A DNA stretch of 64,000 nt from an uncultured Bacteroidales bacterium (GTDB lineage Bacteria; Bacteroidota; Bacteroidia; Bacteroidales; B18-G4). The translations under genes and the position numbers were made by a program. Below, piece after piece: positions 1-11,762 of the stretch. The stretch's first letter is position 1, and every line of letters starts with the position of its first letter. The notes below the pieces were generated by a model, which saw only the letters and a list, made by a program, of their open reading frames with translations, ran no database searches and had not been told where the DNA came from. Where the stretch lies: assembly GCA_963753835.1 (NCBI GenBank), contig CAVWDP010000002.1:611578-675577 (forward strand), given 5' to 3'.

Positions 1-63
1 GTGCCGCGCCCTTCTTATTCCCGGGAAATGAGTTGTCATCCCGAGCGAAGCCGAGGGATCTCC
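1..63. repeat. Right half of a nested-palindrome intergenic element, truncated by the window edge
   Basis: gtgccgcgcccttctt...gtcatcccgagcgaagccgagggatc matches, in order and spacing, the right half of the element at 53518-53579 (gtgtgtcgcgccctttctt...gtcactccgagcgaagtcgagggg). Confidence 0.6.
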
Positions 64-116
64 TTCAAAATGAAATGAAGCTAGAATTTGAGGGCTTAGA
101 ATACAGAACCTGAAGT

Positions 117-497
117 TTAGAATTTATATTTCTTTAGCCTTTCAATGATCCTCCGCTCTTTTTTGGTTGGCCTGCCATCACCCCTTTCCCGGTATTCAAT
201 ATTCAGTTCCCGCTTCATCTTTTGTTTGTCATATTCTTCCTGTGGGGTGAGGTCCTCCATATAATCCGGTACCAGCTTGGCAGACACCCTGTTTTTTAGC
301 AGGGCTTTAACCTGAACAGTTTTTGTGTAGGTGGTCAGGGAGATGTGGATCACTTCATTCTTCTTCAGTTCCCGGGAGGCTTTGACATTTTGCCCTTCAA
401 CCTTGACTTTACCACCTTTGCATGCGGTTGCCGCCTGGTTCCTTGTTTTGAAAATACGAACAGCCCACAACCATTTGTCGATCCTGATGTTGTCCAT
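117..497 (-). CDS. hslR: S4-domain RNA-binding protein, Hsp15/HslR-like
   Basis: 126 aa. The N-terminus is S4-like (IRIDKWLWAVRIFKTRNQA) and the C-terminal tail is basic. It lies directly downstream of der. Confidence 0.75.
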   Translation of the reverse strand: MDNIRIDKWLWAVRIFKTRNQAATACKGGKVKVEGQNVKASRELKKNEVIHISLTTYTKTVQVKALLKNRVSAKLVPDYMEDLTPQEEYDKQKMKRELNIEYRERGDGRPTKKERRIIERLKKYKF

Positions 498-499
498 AC

Positions 500-1804
500 T
501 TATTTCTTTCTGAAATAGAGTGTGATGGGAACTCCCTCAAAGTTGAAATTTTTTCGCATCTGGTTCTCCAGGTAGCGTTGATAGGGTTCTTTGATATGTT
601 CTGGTAAATTTGAGAAGAAAACAAATGCAGGATAGGCAAGCTTCAGTTGCGTAATATAATTTATCTTAATCCGCGTGCCCCTGACCATAGGAGGGGAGTA
701 TCTTTCAATCAGTGGAAGCATCACATTATTCAGCTTTGATGTTGCGATCCGTCGCGAGCGGTTTTTGTATACATCAGTAGCAACCTCCAGTACCTTAAGA
801 ATGCGTTGCTTTTGGGTCACAGAAGTGAACAATACCGGAATATCTGTGAAGGGGGCTGTCTTTTTTAAAATGGCCTCCTTGAATTCAATATGGGTATTGG
901 TTTCCTTTTCGACCAGGTCCCATTTGTTGATCACTAACACCACTCCCTTGTTGTTCTTTTCACACAGGCGAAGGATATTCAGATCCTGTGATTCGATACC
1001 ATCCTTTGCATCGATCATGAGCAGGCAAACATCTGCCTTTTCGATGGCCCTGATGGAACGCATCACTGAATAAAACTCTATGTCTTCGCTTACTTTTTTC
1101 TTTTTTCTGAGCCCGGCAGTATCCACAAAAAGAAAATCAAAGCCATAGCTGTTATAGGGGATATAGATTGAATCGCGGGTTGTTCCGGCTATGGGTGTGA
1201 CAATATTCCTGTCTTCACCGATGAGGGCATTGATCAGGCTCGATTTACCTACATTTGGCCTTCCTATGACCGTAAATTTTGGCAGATCGCTGTCTTCTTC
1301 TTCGTTATCTACGCTGAATTCTTTAACTACCTCGTCGAGTAATTCTCCTGTGCCGCTTCCATTGATAGATGAAACTGGATAGACCTCTCCAAGGCCAAGG
1401 GCATAAAACTCCCCGGCCAGCTGTATGCGTTGTGGATTGTCTGCTTTATTTACAACAAGGAATACCTTTTTCTTAATTCTCCGCAAAATATTGGCCACAT
1501 CTTCATCAAGGCCAGTAATACCTTCCTTCACATCTACCATGAAGACGATTGCATCGGCTTCTTCCATGGCCAGGCTCACCTGCTTTCGGATCTCTTCCTC
1601 GAAGATATCACCTGATCCAACCACATATCCCCCTGTATCTATCACTGAGAATTCGATCCCATTCCAGTCGGCAGTACCATAGTGCCTGTCACGGGTAACA
1701 CCAGCGGTTTCTTCCACGATAGCTTGCCGGGTTTGTGTTAGCCGGTTAAAGAAAGTGGATTTGCCCACATTAGGGCGCCCTACGATGGCCAGGATGTTTC
1801 CCAT
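500..1804 (-). CDS. der: Ribosome-biogenesis GTPase Der (EngA)
   Basis: 434 aa. Two tandem GTPase domains, each with a GRPNVGKS P-loop, are followed by a KH-like C-terminal domain. Confidence 0.95.
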   Translation of the reverse strand: MGNILAIVGRPNVGKSTFFNRLTQTRQAIVEETAGVTRDRHYGTADWNGIEFSVIDTGGYVVGSGDIFEEEIRKQVSLAMEEADAIVFMVDVKEGITGLDEDVANILRRIKKKVFLVVNKADNPQRIQLAGEFYALGLGEVYPVSSINGSGTGELLDEVVKEFSVDNEEEDSDLPKFTVIGRPNVGKSSLINALIGEDRNIVTPIAGTTRDSIYIPYNSYGFDFLFVDTAGLRKKKKVSEDIEFYSVMRSIRAIEKADVCLLMIDAKDGIESQDLNILRLCEKNNKGVVLVINKWDLVEKETNTHIEFKEAILKKTAPFTDIPVLFTSVTQKQRILKVLEVATDVYKNRSRRIATSKLNNVMLPLIERYSPPMVRGTRIKINYITQLKLAYPAFVFFSNLPEHIKEPYQRYLENQMRKNFNFEGVPITLYFRKK

Positions 1805-1820
1805 GGATTGATTTTTTTTG

Positions 1821-1828
1821 CAAAGATA
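1821..1828 (-). promoter_or_regulatory. Bacteroidota -7 box (TATCTTTG on the minus strand) upstream of der
   Basis: caaagata on the plus strand equals TAnnTTTG on the minus strand. It lies 16 nt upstream of the der ATG. Confidence 0.45.
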
Positions 1829-1881
1829 GAGAAATCAGGGATTGACAATTCTGTATTGTCAATTATGAATATGAAATTTAC

Positions 1882-2757
1882 CTAATCGTAGCCAAGATGC
1901 TTCAGCTTTTTAGGATCATTGCGCCAGTCTTTACTGACCTTTACACGAATTTCGAGAAAGACCTTTTTGCCCACAAACTCTTGAATGTCGAGACGGGCTG
2001 CAGTGGCTGCCTTTTTAATAGCCTTGCCCTCATGGCCAAGGATGATGGCCTTTTGCGACTCACGCACAACAAAAATATATGCCATGATATGGATGATCTT
2101 TTTTTCTTCTTTGTATGCATCAACGATCACCTCCGTAGAGTATGGCAATTCCTGATGGTAGTTGAGAAAGATCTTTTCCCTGATGATCTCTGACACAAAA
2201 AAGCGCATGGTTTTGTTAGTAAGCTCATCCTTGGGATAATATGGCGGACTTTCGGGTATTAACTCCAGGATCAGCTTAAATAGCGTATCCACATTAAACT
2301 TATGCAAGGCAGATATAGGAAGCACCTTGGCATTCGGGATCTTTTTCTGCCAGAGGCTGTGGAGTTTTTCAATCTTCTTTTGATCCGACAAATCGATCTT
2401 ATTGATGACCACGATCACAGGGACTTCAGTCTCTTTCAGTTTGCTGACAACTTCATCATCCTCATCTTTCTCATCGGCGGCCGTGATATAAAGGAAGACA
2501 TCTGCATCCAACAGGGCATCTTCCACGAACTTCATCATGGATTCCTGGAGGGCATAGTTTGGCTTCAGATAGCCGGGTGTATCAGAAAACACGATCTGGT
2601 AGTCATCTTCGTTCACAATTCCCAGTATCCTGTGGCGTGTAGTTTGCTTTTTTGAGGTAATGATCGACAGTTTTTCCCCTACCAATTCATTCATCAAGGT
2701 TGATTTACCGACATTTGGCTTGCCGATGATATTCACAAAACCTGCTTTATGCGACAT
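1882..2757 (-). CDS. era: GTPase Era
   Basis: 291 aa with GKPNVGKSTL, DTPG and NKID motifs and a KH C-terminal domain. Confidence 0.95.
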   Translation of the reverse strand: MSHKAGFVNIIGKPNVGKSTLMNELVGEKLSIITSKKQTTRHRILGIVNEDDYQIVFSDTPGYLKPNYALQESMMKFVEDALLDADVFLYITAADEKDEDDEVVSKLKETEVPVIVVINKIDLSDQKKIEKLHSLWQKKIPNAKVLPISALHKFNVDTLFKLILELIPESPPYYPKDELTNKTMRFFVSEIIREKIFLNYHQELPYSTEVIVDAYKEEKKIIHIMAYIFVVRESQKAIILGHEGKAIKKAATAARLDIQEFVGKKVFLEIRVKVSKDWRNDPKKLKHLGYD

Positions 2758-2804
2758 TTTAGAAGAATAATGAAAAAAGATTTGGTGGGGAAGTTACAAA
2801 AATT

Positions 2805-2812
2805 TATCTTTG
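2805..2812 (+). promoter_or_regulatory. -7 box TATCTTTG upstream of tRNA-fMet
   Basis: TAnnTTTG lies 22 nt upstream of the mature tRNA 5' end. A TTG sits about 20 nt further upstream. Confidence 0.5.
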
Positions 2813-2833
2813 CAGTCCCTTTTGAGGGTATAT

Positions 2834-3510
<677 letters not shown>

Positions 3511-3742
3511 TAGATACTCAAACAACCGTTCCTTTATTTGGTCACCCGTTATCTAACTAATCCATTCAGCATCCATATTTGACTCCAACCATCGTATTTC
3601 GTATATTTACTTGTGAATAAAAGCATTAAATCCGTAGCTGGATAGACGGGAATCCTTCGGATGTTACATATGCAATAGCATTTGTTACATATCTGATAGC
3701 ATTAATCATAAAGGCTATTTAACTTTAGTAAAAAATACTGCT

Positions 3743-4704
3743 ATGAAAAAATTTCACACCCTGCTTATTGCATTAATGGTTGCTGGTTCTGCAATGACTC
3801 AAACAGATAACCCTTACGAATCTTGCCTGCCTGATGGCATCACATTTGGATCACAAAGCCAGATTGACAGTTTTCCAATTAACTACCCGAATTGTACAGA
3901 GATTGAAGGGGGAGTACTAATAGGTGGATCAGTTTGGGGAAACGACATTACTAACCTGAATGGTTTAAATAATATAACATCAATTGGTGGACTCACCTTA
4001 AGCTTCTTACAAATAACAGACTTAAATGGATTAGAGAACCTTTTATCAATAAATGGCAGTTTCATAATCTTCGCAACCCCAAACCTGATGAGTTTAGAAG
4101 GGCTGGAGAATTTAACGAATATTGGGGGAAGTTTGCAGATCGGGTTCGAAAACTTTGAATCCAGCCTTACAAATTTAGATGCATTAAGTAAATTTAACAT
4201 CTATAAATGGCTCTCTCACCATAATCGGAAATCCCAATATATCTACACTTAGTGGTTTAGGTAATATTGATGCAGCTTCAATCGCTGGCATATCTATCAA
4301 AGCAGAATGATTCATTGGCAACCTGTGAAGTCCAAGAGCATCTGTGATTATCTCGTCTTCTTCAACCGGTACTGTTGAAATAATCGATAATGCCACCGGC
4401 TGCGATAGTCAGCAGGAAGTAGAAGATGCCTGTGAATCATTTTCAATTGAAGAATCTAGCACCCTGCAAGATATTATCATCTACCCCAACCCAACCCAAT
4501 CATCAATAACAATTGAACTCCCAACCCAACCATCAAAAAACACATCCCTGACCATTTCCAACACCAATGGCCAGCAACTCATCACCCAACCCATAACGGA
4601 ACCTCAAACCAGAAATCGACATTAGTTCACTACCAGTCGGCATATACATCGTCAAGGTCTGGAACGACAAAGATGTGATGGTTCAGAAGGTGATCAAGCA
4701 ATGA
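3743..4704 (+). pseudogene. Leucine-rich-repeat surface protein with T9SS C-terminal domain, multiply frameshifted
   Basis: Signal peptide, then LRR units (NLNGLNNITSIGG, LNGLENLLSINGS, LEGLENLTNIGGS). The repeat continues in another frame (NLTSINGSLTIIGNPNISTLSGLGNID). SLATCEVQ, ICDYL and SSSTGTVEIIDNATGC lie in different frames. The CTD (IIIYPNPTQSSITIELP ... VGIYIVKVWNDKDVMVQKVIKQ) is split again. At least five frame changes. Confidence 0.85.
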
Positions 4705-4747
4705 TATAACCACCAAATTGATTCGAAAACCAAAAACCAAACTTTTA

Positions 4748-6355
4748 ATGAACCGCCTTTATATTTTTCTAATTTTCGTTTTGACTTCTGTAATGGCTAC
4801 ATCTCAACCTTTGCCAGAGTGGACAACAAAAGTTGAAACTAACTTTAATAGTGCTGAGATAGGTGACAAACCAAAATTAAAATTTGATAATGAAGGTTAT
4901 TTAATACTCGGCGGCAATATCTATAATTCGTCATCAAGTAAAGATTATCTTATCATCAAGTATGACCTCAATGGCAATGAGGTTTGGCAAAAGACATACA
5001 ATGGTGGAAATAATTTAGATGATGAACTTCGTGATTATTTCATCGACTCACAAAATAACATTTATGTTACAGGGTTAAGTCATATTGACTCATTAAACAC
5101 CAAAATTGTCACGATAAAATATAGTTCTTCCGGAAGTTTGCTTTGGGAAAATAGTTACGAAGGAATAGCAGACAGAGGCGACTGGGGTAATTCAGTAACT
5201 ATTGATATGGATTTCAATACTTATATAACAGGTGCAACTGTGATTGACACACTTTTAGGTAAGAGATTAATAGTTTTAAAAATAGACTCAAATGGTAATC
5301 AGTTATGGAGTGAAATCTACAGTTCACAGGATAATGGAAGATATGAAGGGATGATAATAAAGATAATCAACAACAAAGTACAGGTATTAGGCAAATATCA
5401 CATTCCAAATTCTGGATTTGGGTGTATTATATTAAAACAAAATTTGTCTGGTTCTATTATTGACTCATATGAAGTTCCTGCTAGTGGCTGGATTACTTAT
5501 TATCTGGATAATTTCGGCAATTCATATGTCGGTGGTTGGGGTAGTTACGAAATAACAAAAGTCAGCAGTAATGGCGTAGTTGTGTTTACAGATTCAATAC
5601 AAACCAACCTACCTTCAAATGTATCTGGAGATGAAGTTAGGGCAATCACCGTTGATACAAGTCAAAATGTATATATAAGCGGACGGCATTATGGTGATGA
5701 CTATGGTGGGGCAAACTATTCAAATGCTGATATCCTGACAGTAAAATATGATTCTTTAGGTAACAAACTTTGGGAAAGCAGATATGAGTATCTTGGAAAT
5801 AATGCGGCAGATATTGCAAATTCCATAACAATTGATGATTATTTAAATGTTTACGTTGGAGGGGAAAGTCAAGCAACAATTGCTGGTGAAGACTACGACT
5901 ATATTGTGGTGAAATATAATTCTGAAGGTCAGGAAATCGGCACAATAAGATATGATGATGAAAATGGAGAGGATGATGTTATAACATCAATTATAGTAAC
6001 TGATACAAATCAAATTTTTGTGACGGGGTTAACCTTAAACAACGATCAGAGTACAAATACAACAACACAGAAATATTCTGAATTTGTGATAACTGATATA
6101 ATAGAGCCCAGCCATAAAAATACTATACCTATATACCCCAACCCTTCATCCACCCATATAACCATAGAATTACCCACTACACCACAAAAGAACACCTCCC
6201 TGACCATTTATAACCTCAACGGTCAACAACTCATCACACAAGCTATAACGGAACCACAGACGGTGGTTGATGTGTCAGGGTTGCCAAAAGGGGTCTACTT
6301 TGTAAAGGTAATGAATGACAAAAATGTTATTGTTCAGAAGGTGATTAAAGAATAA
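4748..6355 (+). CDS. SBBP-type beta-propeller repeat protein with T9SS C-terminal sorting domain
   Basis: Signal peptide MNRLYIFLIFVLTSVMATSQ. Recurring NIYVTG/NVYISG/NVYVGG propeller-like units. C-terminus IYPNPSSTHITIELP...GVYFVKVMNDKNVIVQKVIKE. The track ORF starts 30 nt upstream at 4718. Confidence 0.8.
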   Translation: MNRLYIFLIFVLTSVMATSQPLPEWTTKVETNFNSAEIGDKPKLKFDNEGYLILGGNIYNSSSSKDYLIIKYDLNGNEVWQKTYNGGNNLDDELRDYFIDSQNNIYVTGLSHIDSLNTKIVTIKYSSSGSLLWENSYEGIADRGDWGNSVTIDMDFNTYITGATVIDTLLGKRLIVLKIDSNGNQLWSEIYSSQDNGRYEGMIIKIINNKVQVLGKYHIPNSGFGCIILKQNLSGSIIDSYEVPASGWITYYLDNFGNSYVGGWGSYEITKVSSNGVVVFTDSIQTNLPSNVSGDEVRAITVDTSQNVYISGRHYGDDYGGANYSNADILTVKYDSLGNKLWESRYEYLGNNAADIANSITIDDYLNVYVGGESQATIAGEDYDYIVVKYNSEGQEIGTIRYDDENGEDDVITSIIVTDTNQIFVTGLTLNNDQSTNTTTQKYSEFVITDIIEPSHKNTIPIYPNPSSTHITIELPTTPQKNTSLTIYNLNGQQLITQAITEPQTVVDVSGLPKGVYFVKVMNDKNVIVQKVIKE

Positions 6356-6358
6356 TTT

Positions 6359-6410
6359 GGCTGCAACTTCCGGCAAGAAGGGGAGCCTTCTTGGACTTTT
6401 TTATTTGAGC
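6359..6410 (+). terminator. Terminator-like hairpin that belongs to a dispersed 45-nt repeat
   Basis: gctgcaacttccggCAAGAAGGggagCCTTCTTGgactttttt. A second copy lies at 11145-11188. Confidence 0.6.
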
Positions 6411-6504
6411 ATAAATTGAGCAGAGAACAGTCGTTTTTTATTACATTTGGCCTGATTGGAAAAACTTAATGGCCGCTAAATCAGGAAACTATAATTTGTA
6501 ATAT

Positions 6505-6990
6505 AATCCTGCCCCCGCTACAACAAAGTCCTGATGCATGCATCAGGACTTTTCTTTTTATGCTGAGCATTAAGCTTGCTTGAGTGCGAAAGCATGAAAA
6601 GAAAAGGTCTTTACGAGCGTAGCGAGTTAATCCGGGACTCTGTGAGGGAGAGACTTTGAGATTGGGGGATGGGGAGATAGGGTGAAGTGGGGAGCGAAGC
6701 ATTCAGTCTTATGGTCTTTATTATCCCCCCCATTCAGGATCATCCCGAGTACTCGGGATAACCTGGACAAATCCTAAGCTCTAAATACCCAAACTCGAAA
6801 CAAATTCAAAGGTTTCAAATCCAAAATACAAAACTTAAGTACGGCTTAATTTATCTAAGTGATTCTGCTCGTCGGGAGATGAGCAACCTGTACACACGCA
6901 TCAGAAGATGCTTGCGAGCGGAGGTAAAAAACACCCCCCCAAACATTTTATGGTAGAAATTTTTAATAAAAACACCGTTGTCGTCCCCCT
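6505..6990 (+). repeat. Direct repeat copy 2, beginning with a 16-nt tRNA-fMet 3' fragment
   Basis: aatcctgcccccgcta plus the terminator palindrome and downstream sequence, duplicated from 2890 onward. No upstream tRNA body is present. Confidence 0.9.
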
Positions 6991-7345
6991 GTTTTTTGAT
7001 GGGTGAAAAGATGGTGGTTTATTTGGTCATGTTTTTTCCACATTATTACTATCGATTCATAGTGTCTGAATTAGGCCGAAGACCTACAAGATGTATATTT
7101 TAATAAGAAATTGATGTGGGCCCACAAGGACCACCCCAATTTTTTATATGATAGATATATAGGGGGTTAAAAAATCACATTCTTAAAATGACTGCTATTT
7201 TCACTGTGAAATGTTTGGCAGTTCTCATATTCCAGGACATATGCCTGTATCATATTGGGCGGTTCGCTGGTCTTGAATAATAACTGCGGATTTGCTAACT
7301 TGGAAGAGCCAAAGCTTGTTATGAATACCCCGCCGAAATAGTTAG

Positions 7346-7353
7346 TATATTTG
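7346..7353 (+). promoter_or_regulatory. -7 box TATATTTG
   Basis: TAnnTTTG 10 nt upstream of the 7364 start. Confidence 0.4.
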
Positions 7354-7363
7354 ATTTAATAAA

Positions 7364-8069
7364 TTGAACAGCTTTATGAAAAAGATCTTGTCAGTAGTTA
7401 TTGGAATATTTATTCTCGGATCGGTCTTTTCCCAGGATTCATTTTTATCAACGATCAGAAAATTCAGTATCGGAGTTGGTTTTCATACGGATATCTGGCT
7501 GGGGAATCCTCCGGGCATGTTTCCAAGGACAATAAACCAGGGTGTCCAGGTAAATGGCATGTATAACTACCGCATAAAGGAAAGTGCGGTAAACATTGCA
7601 GGTGGAGTTGGTCTAGGAACCCATAATCTCTACACGAATACATATATTCCGGATATCAAGGCCGACTCAATCTCTTTCATAAAGATACCTGACAATATAC
7701 CGTATAAAAAAAGCAAACTCTCTCTGGCCTATATTGATATCCCTTTGGAATTCAGGATCAAAACGCGTAAGCATTTTCAGATAGCTTTCGGATTTAAGGT
7801 CGGTTTCAACATTAATGCTCATGTTAAGTACAAAGGAAATTGCTTCGTTGGTTGGCTCCAGTGGATCTGCTTTCGTAAATGGAGCAATTGTCAAGGAAAA
7901 GGAAAAGGATGTTCGCCAGATAGAAACCATCCGCTATGGTGCTACATTCCGGATAGGATATAAATGGATCAACCTAACGGCATACTATCAGATTTCAAAA
8001 GTATTTAAGGTTGACAGGGGTCCGGCACTGTACCCGATCTCATTTGGCATAGCGGTTATCCCTTATTAA
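7364..8069 (+). pseudogene. Outer-membrane beta-barrel (porin-like) protein, one frameshift near 7830-7850
   Basis: Signal peptide followed by alternating beta-strand pattern (FGFKVGFNINAHVKYKG). It continues in frame 0 as ...LVGSSGSAFVNGAIVKEKEKDVRQIETIRYGATFRIGYKWINLTAYYQISKVF, ending in an aromatic residue. Confidence 0.7.
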
Positions 8070-8660
8070 CACAACTACCCGTACAGGATAAGTTCTGCTC
8101 TGTGTTCCAGTGACTTCATTCAATGTCGTGTGGCTTCTATTGTTACAGCAATGTTTGCATTGTCGACTGTCAATTTTCAATTGTCGATTACTACTAATGG
8201 TTTTTTTATTTTACATTTTTTATAAAATCCCAATAATGTTGTATATTTACATTAACCCAAATACTAATTAAAATATATTCTCCATTCACAATTAACCGGT
8301 TCTCCGGCATTATATGACCAGGAACACAGGAAACCATATCTTTGAATATCAGCCTCCTTGGACTTCCCACTAAGGTCAATATTTTAAAATTTCAGCATTT
8401 GGTGAAGTGAGCTTTACAAGGCAATTTAGCCTTGTATTATTGCTGTTGATGTGCTATGCAATCAATAATCTTTACAGGCAAATTATCAAACATGTTTAAT
8501 CTGTGGACACACAGCATTACATTGCTATCCCAATCGAATTGTTTATTGACAGTATTAAATATACATTCAAACTAAACTAAAAATAATTGCCTATGAGAAA
8601 ATGAAATCCCACCTGGGAAAGAAACTTCAAAACCCAAATTATTAATTAAAATTTATTACA

Positions 8661-9382
8661 ATGAAAAAATTATTTTATTTATTAGGATTGATTATATCCT
8701 TGGCAGTTGTGATTGCAGCTTGTGAGAAAACTACATTAGATGACAATACAGAATCATCTATGAAAGGTAACAATGGCTGTGCAAAGATTCAGAGCGGAGA
8801 CATTGTTTATAGTAGCTCACATTATTTAGCAGGAACAGCAATTACAACAGGATTTGATGATTATGGATACAATTATCAAGCACTTAAGTTCCAGGGCTCC
8901 TATTTTAATTCATATGCAGGAGGAAATGGATTGCCACCCTGGGATGGAAACGATGCCGCTTATCTAGCAGTTAATCCAAGTGCTGCAACTCATTGGGCTT
9001 GGCCATACAGAGATGTTAATCTCATGATGAAATGGAATACAGCATGGATTTCAAAAACTGATTGCGATGGGGATGGAGCCTTAGATCGTCACTGGGGTTT
9101 TGATAGTTATATAGGATCAGGAGCTTGGTTGACGAATCACCAGTCGGGTACTTATGAAGTTGATGGTGAGACTTGTAATTGGAATTACTTTGTGAAAATT
9201 ATCGCTGTTCCTGCTGATGCAACGTCATCAGAAGGATCTGGTATAATGCTGATGGTACCGAGATCGGCCCTGTGATTTGGGGCGAATTTGCTATAATTCA
9301 AGAAGTAGAGAATGATCCATGTGCTGGAATTCATGGATTACAATATGTAAGCCCAGATCACGCAGGTTTAGGCGGATGGTAA
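8661..9382 (+). pseudogene. Lipoprotein of unknown function, one frameshift near 9235
   Basis: Lipobox LAVVIAAC. After ...ATSSEG the reading continues in another frame as WYNADGTEIGPVIWGEFAIIQEVENDPCAGIHGLQYVSPDHAGLGGW, followed by a hairpin and T-run at 9406-9432. Confidence 0.6.
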
Positions 9383-9483
9383 GAAATATTAACTAAAACT
9401 GATTGAGCCTGCCCTTCTGGGTGGGCTTTTTTATTGGGGTGGGTCAATTAAATATCTTTTCAAAATAAATTGAATTAGCAAAC

Positions 9484-11049
9484 TTAATTCCCTAGTTTCC
9501 TTTTCAGATCTACAGCTGTACTTGTAATAGCCAAGCCACCCTTGCCGGTACATTTAACGCATGATGGCATTTGGTCACTGACCCGTGAGACTGTTTGAAT
9601 AACCTCATCCAGTGGGATTACTGCATCGAAGCCCGAACATATCATGCTTGCAGACGTATACGCATTAACAGCGGCATTAACATTTTTTCCTAAACAAGGG
9701 ACTTCAACACGATCTGCTACCGGATCGCAAATCAATCCAATCATATTCTGAATAGCCATTGAAGAAGCATCTATGGCCTGCTTAGCCGTCCCGCCAAACA
9801 ATTGTACAATTGCCGCTGCAGCCATACCTGAGGCCGCACCACACTCCACCTGGCATCCATGTTCTTCCGCAGAAAATCCAGGTCCGGCAGCAAAATATAC
9901 ACCTACAATGCCGGCAGCAAAATAGGATTTTATCAACTCATCTTCACTTGACTTCAATTCTTCGGCAATTGCCTTTAGAACACCACCAACAGTTCCGCAG
10001 GAACCTGCCGTAGGATTAGCAACAAATACTTCCATGGCACTTTTAACTTCCATTATAGCAGTGACATATGAAATAATTCTGTTTAAAATTGAATTGTGAA
10101 GGATCCTATTATTTTTTTCAGCTTTTTTAATGAGGTGTGACTGATGATGCAAGATCCGATCCTCATATATAGTCCCCTCAATCCCCGTACTTATACTATT
10201 TTCAATAATTCTGATTATCTCTTTCATTTTATTGAGCAAGCTGGCTTCTGAGAGTCCGCTGAGGCACTTTTCATATATTAATCCAACATCGCCCAAACTA
10301 TAATTTTCTCTTTCAGCATATTTAAGAAGGGATTCTATTGTCGTAAAAGGCACTTCTGAATTATTACCTGATAATATCGGAAGAATCGGATTAACAATAA
10401 TTACTTCTTCAGTATTGGGCAATTTCCTTATTTGCTGTTTAATTTCACGTGGAATTTCTTTTGAGGACTTTATGTTTATCAGCATGCTGTATTTTCCAGA
10501 TATATGATTCACCACAGCATCTTTAGGAATGATTGATTTAATTCTATCAGGAATTAGCTCGGAAGTTTTAGTCAATACCAGCAATTCATGATAATCTCCC
10601 CGAATATCAACTTTAAAATCATTAAGCTGGTAAATGTTAAATGAACCACCTCCAAGAGAAACCGCGTAAACCAGTATATTATTCCCATTTATTCCAGATA
10701 AAGAAATACGAACCGTATTTACATGATGGGTCGGGTAGGAGCCTATTTTATAAATTATCGATAGATCCCTTTCTTCAACCAATTGCTTGGTATTCTTCAT
10801 ACGGAAGTCTGTTATTTCCAATCCTAACAATCCTCCGTTAATACCCATTACAGTTCCCTGTTCCATGTAGTTAGTGGCCCATGCCCCATCTTTATCAAAT
10901 TCGATAAGGGCTTTTTTAAGCGGTTCATTTAAAATATCCAGACAAATCCTGGCTATCCGCCATGTAGCTGCGGTATGAGAACTTGATTGACCACGCATTA
11001 CAGGCCCAATAATATCATTAAATATTGTTGGAAGCATTATTGCACTCAC
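9484..11049 (-). CDS. sdaA: Iron-sulfur L-serine ammonia-lyase (fused beta/alpha type)
   Basis: 521 aa. N-terminus has GPVMRGQSSSHT. The C-terminal half has HGCQVECGAASGMAAAA and LICDPVADRVEVPCLGKN, typical of serine dehydratase alpha domains. Confidence 0.75.
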   Translation of the reverse strand: MSAIMLPTIFNDIIGPVMRGQSSSHTAATWRIARICLDILNEPLKKALIEFDKDGAWATNYMEQGTVMGINGGLLGLEITDFRMKNTKQLVEERDLSIIYKIGSYPTHHVNTVRISLSGINGNNILVYAVSLGGGSFNIYQLNDFKVDIRGDYHELLVLTKTSELIPDRIKSIIPKDAVVNHISGKYSMLINIKSSKEIPREIKQQIRKLPNTEEVIIVNPILPILSGNNSEVPFTTIESLLKYAERENYSLGDVGLIYEKCLSGLSEASLLNKMKEIIRIIENSISTGIEGTIYEDRILHHQSHLIKKAEKNNRILHNSILNRIISYVTAIMEVKSAMEVFVANPTAGSCGTVGGVLKAIAEELKSSEDELIKSYFAAGIVGVYFAAGPGFSAEEHGCQVECGAASGMAAAAIVQLFGGTAKQAIDASSMAIQNMIGLICDPVADRVEVPCLGKNVNAAVNAYTSASMICSGFDAVIPLDEVIQTVSRVSDQMPSCVKCTGKGGLAITSTAVDLKRKLGN

Positions 11050-11144
11050 ATCTCAATTCGTTTGTAAAATGTTGGCTAAATTGAAAATCCCTTATTCGTT
11101 AAGTGAGATTTATTCAAAGATACGAAAGTTTGATAGGTCATTGA

Positions 11145-11188
11145 GCTGCAACTTCCGGCACGAAAGGGAACCTTCTTAGTCTTTTTTC
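11145..11188 (+). repeat. Second copy of the 45-nt terminator-like repeat
   Basis: gctgcaacttccggcacgaaagggaaccttcttagtctttttt, compared with 6359-6410. Confidence 0.6.
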
Positions 11189-11293
11189 ATTCCTTTAAGC
11201 GTATAGAAGTCATAATTCTCATCCTAAAGATATAAAGGACAATATTCTATTCAATGGAGTACAGCTTGGATGCAGGTAAATGGATTGATTTGA

Positions 11294-11746
11294 TTATTTT
11301 AGGAAATACTTTTCTTTAAAAGTCACCCCATGCTTTAGAAGGAGTTCTTTATATTCTTCACGGAAGGTTTTGATCATATGATGCCTCTCCTGGTTGCGGA
11401 TATATCCCACTAAAGCTGCTTTCTCTTTAATTGTATAGGTGAATGCACCATAACCAATAGTCCAACCAATGAACTCCGGGAATACTTCATTTTCTTTTAT
11501 CCATAAAGAAGATGAGACCTTAATATCTTTTACGAGTGAGGATAAAGAGACCATAGGGTGGATATGAGTAGCAATGTGGAGGTGGTTTTCGACACCATTG
11601 ATTTCATACGCGATACATTGATTGTGTTTTAAGACACCCCAGATGTATTTGTAGAGCAGATGGCGTTTTTGTGCATTGATCATAACTTTGTCCCTGTATT
11701 TAGTGGCGAAGACGATCTGGTAGATGATTTGGGTATATGTAGACAT
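11294..11746 (-). CDS. IS200/IS605-family Y1 (HUH) transposase-like protein, RAYT-type
   Basis: 150 aa. N-terminus YQIVFATKYR, HUH-like HLHIATH, and a candidate catalytic Tyr region GYGAFTY. It is a single gene with no tnpB. Confidence 0.75.
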   Translation of the reverse strand: MSTYTQIIYQIVFATKYRDKVMINAQKRHLLYKYIWGVLKHNQCIAYEINGVENHLHIATHIHPMVSLSSLVKDIKVSSSLWIKENEVFPEFIGWTIGYGAFTYTIKEKAALVGYIRNQERHHMIKTFREEYKELLLKHGVTFKEKYFLK

Positions 11747-11762
11747 GGGTATTGCTTTTGTT

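Noticed and set aside
6505-6521. Possible second tRNA gene
   Set aside because: Only the last 16 nt of tRNA-fMet are present. There is no acceptor 5' strand, D arm or anticodon arm upstream. It is a fragment belonging to the direct repeat.
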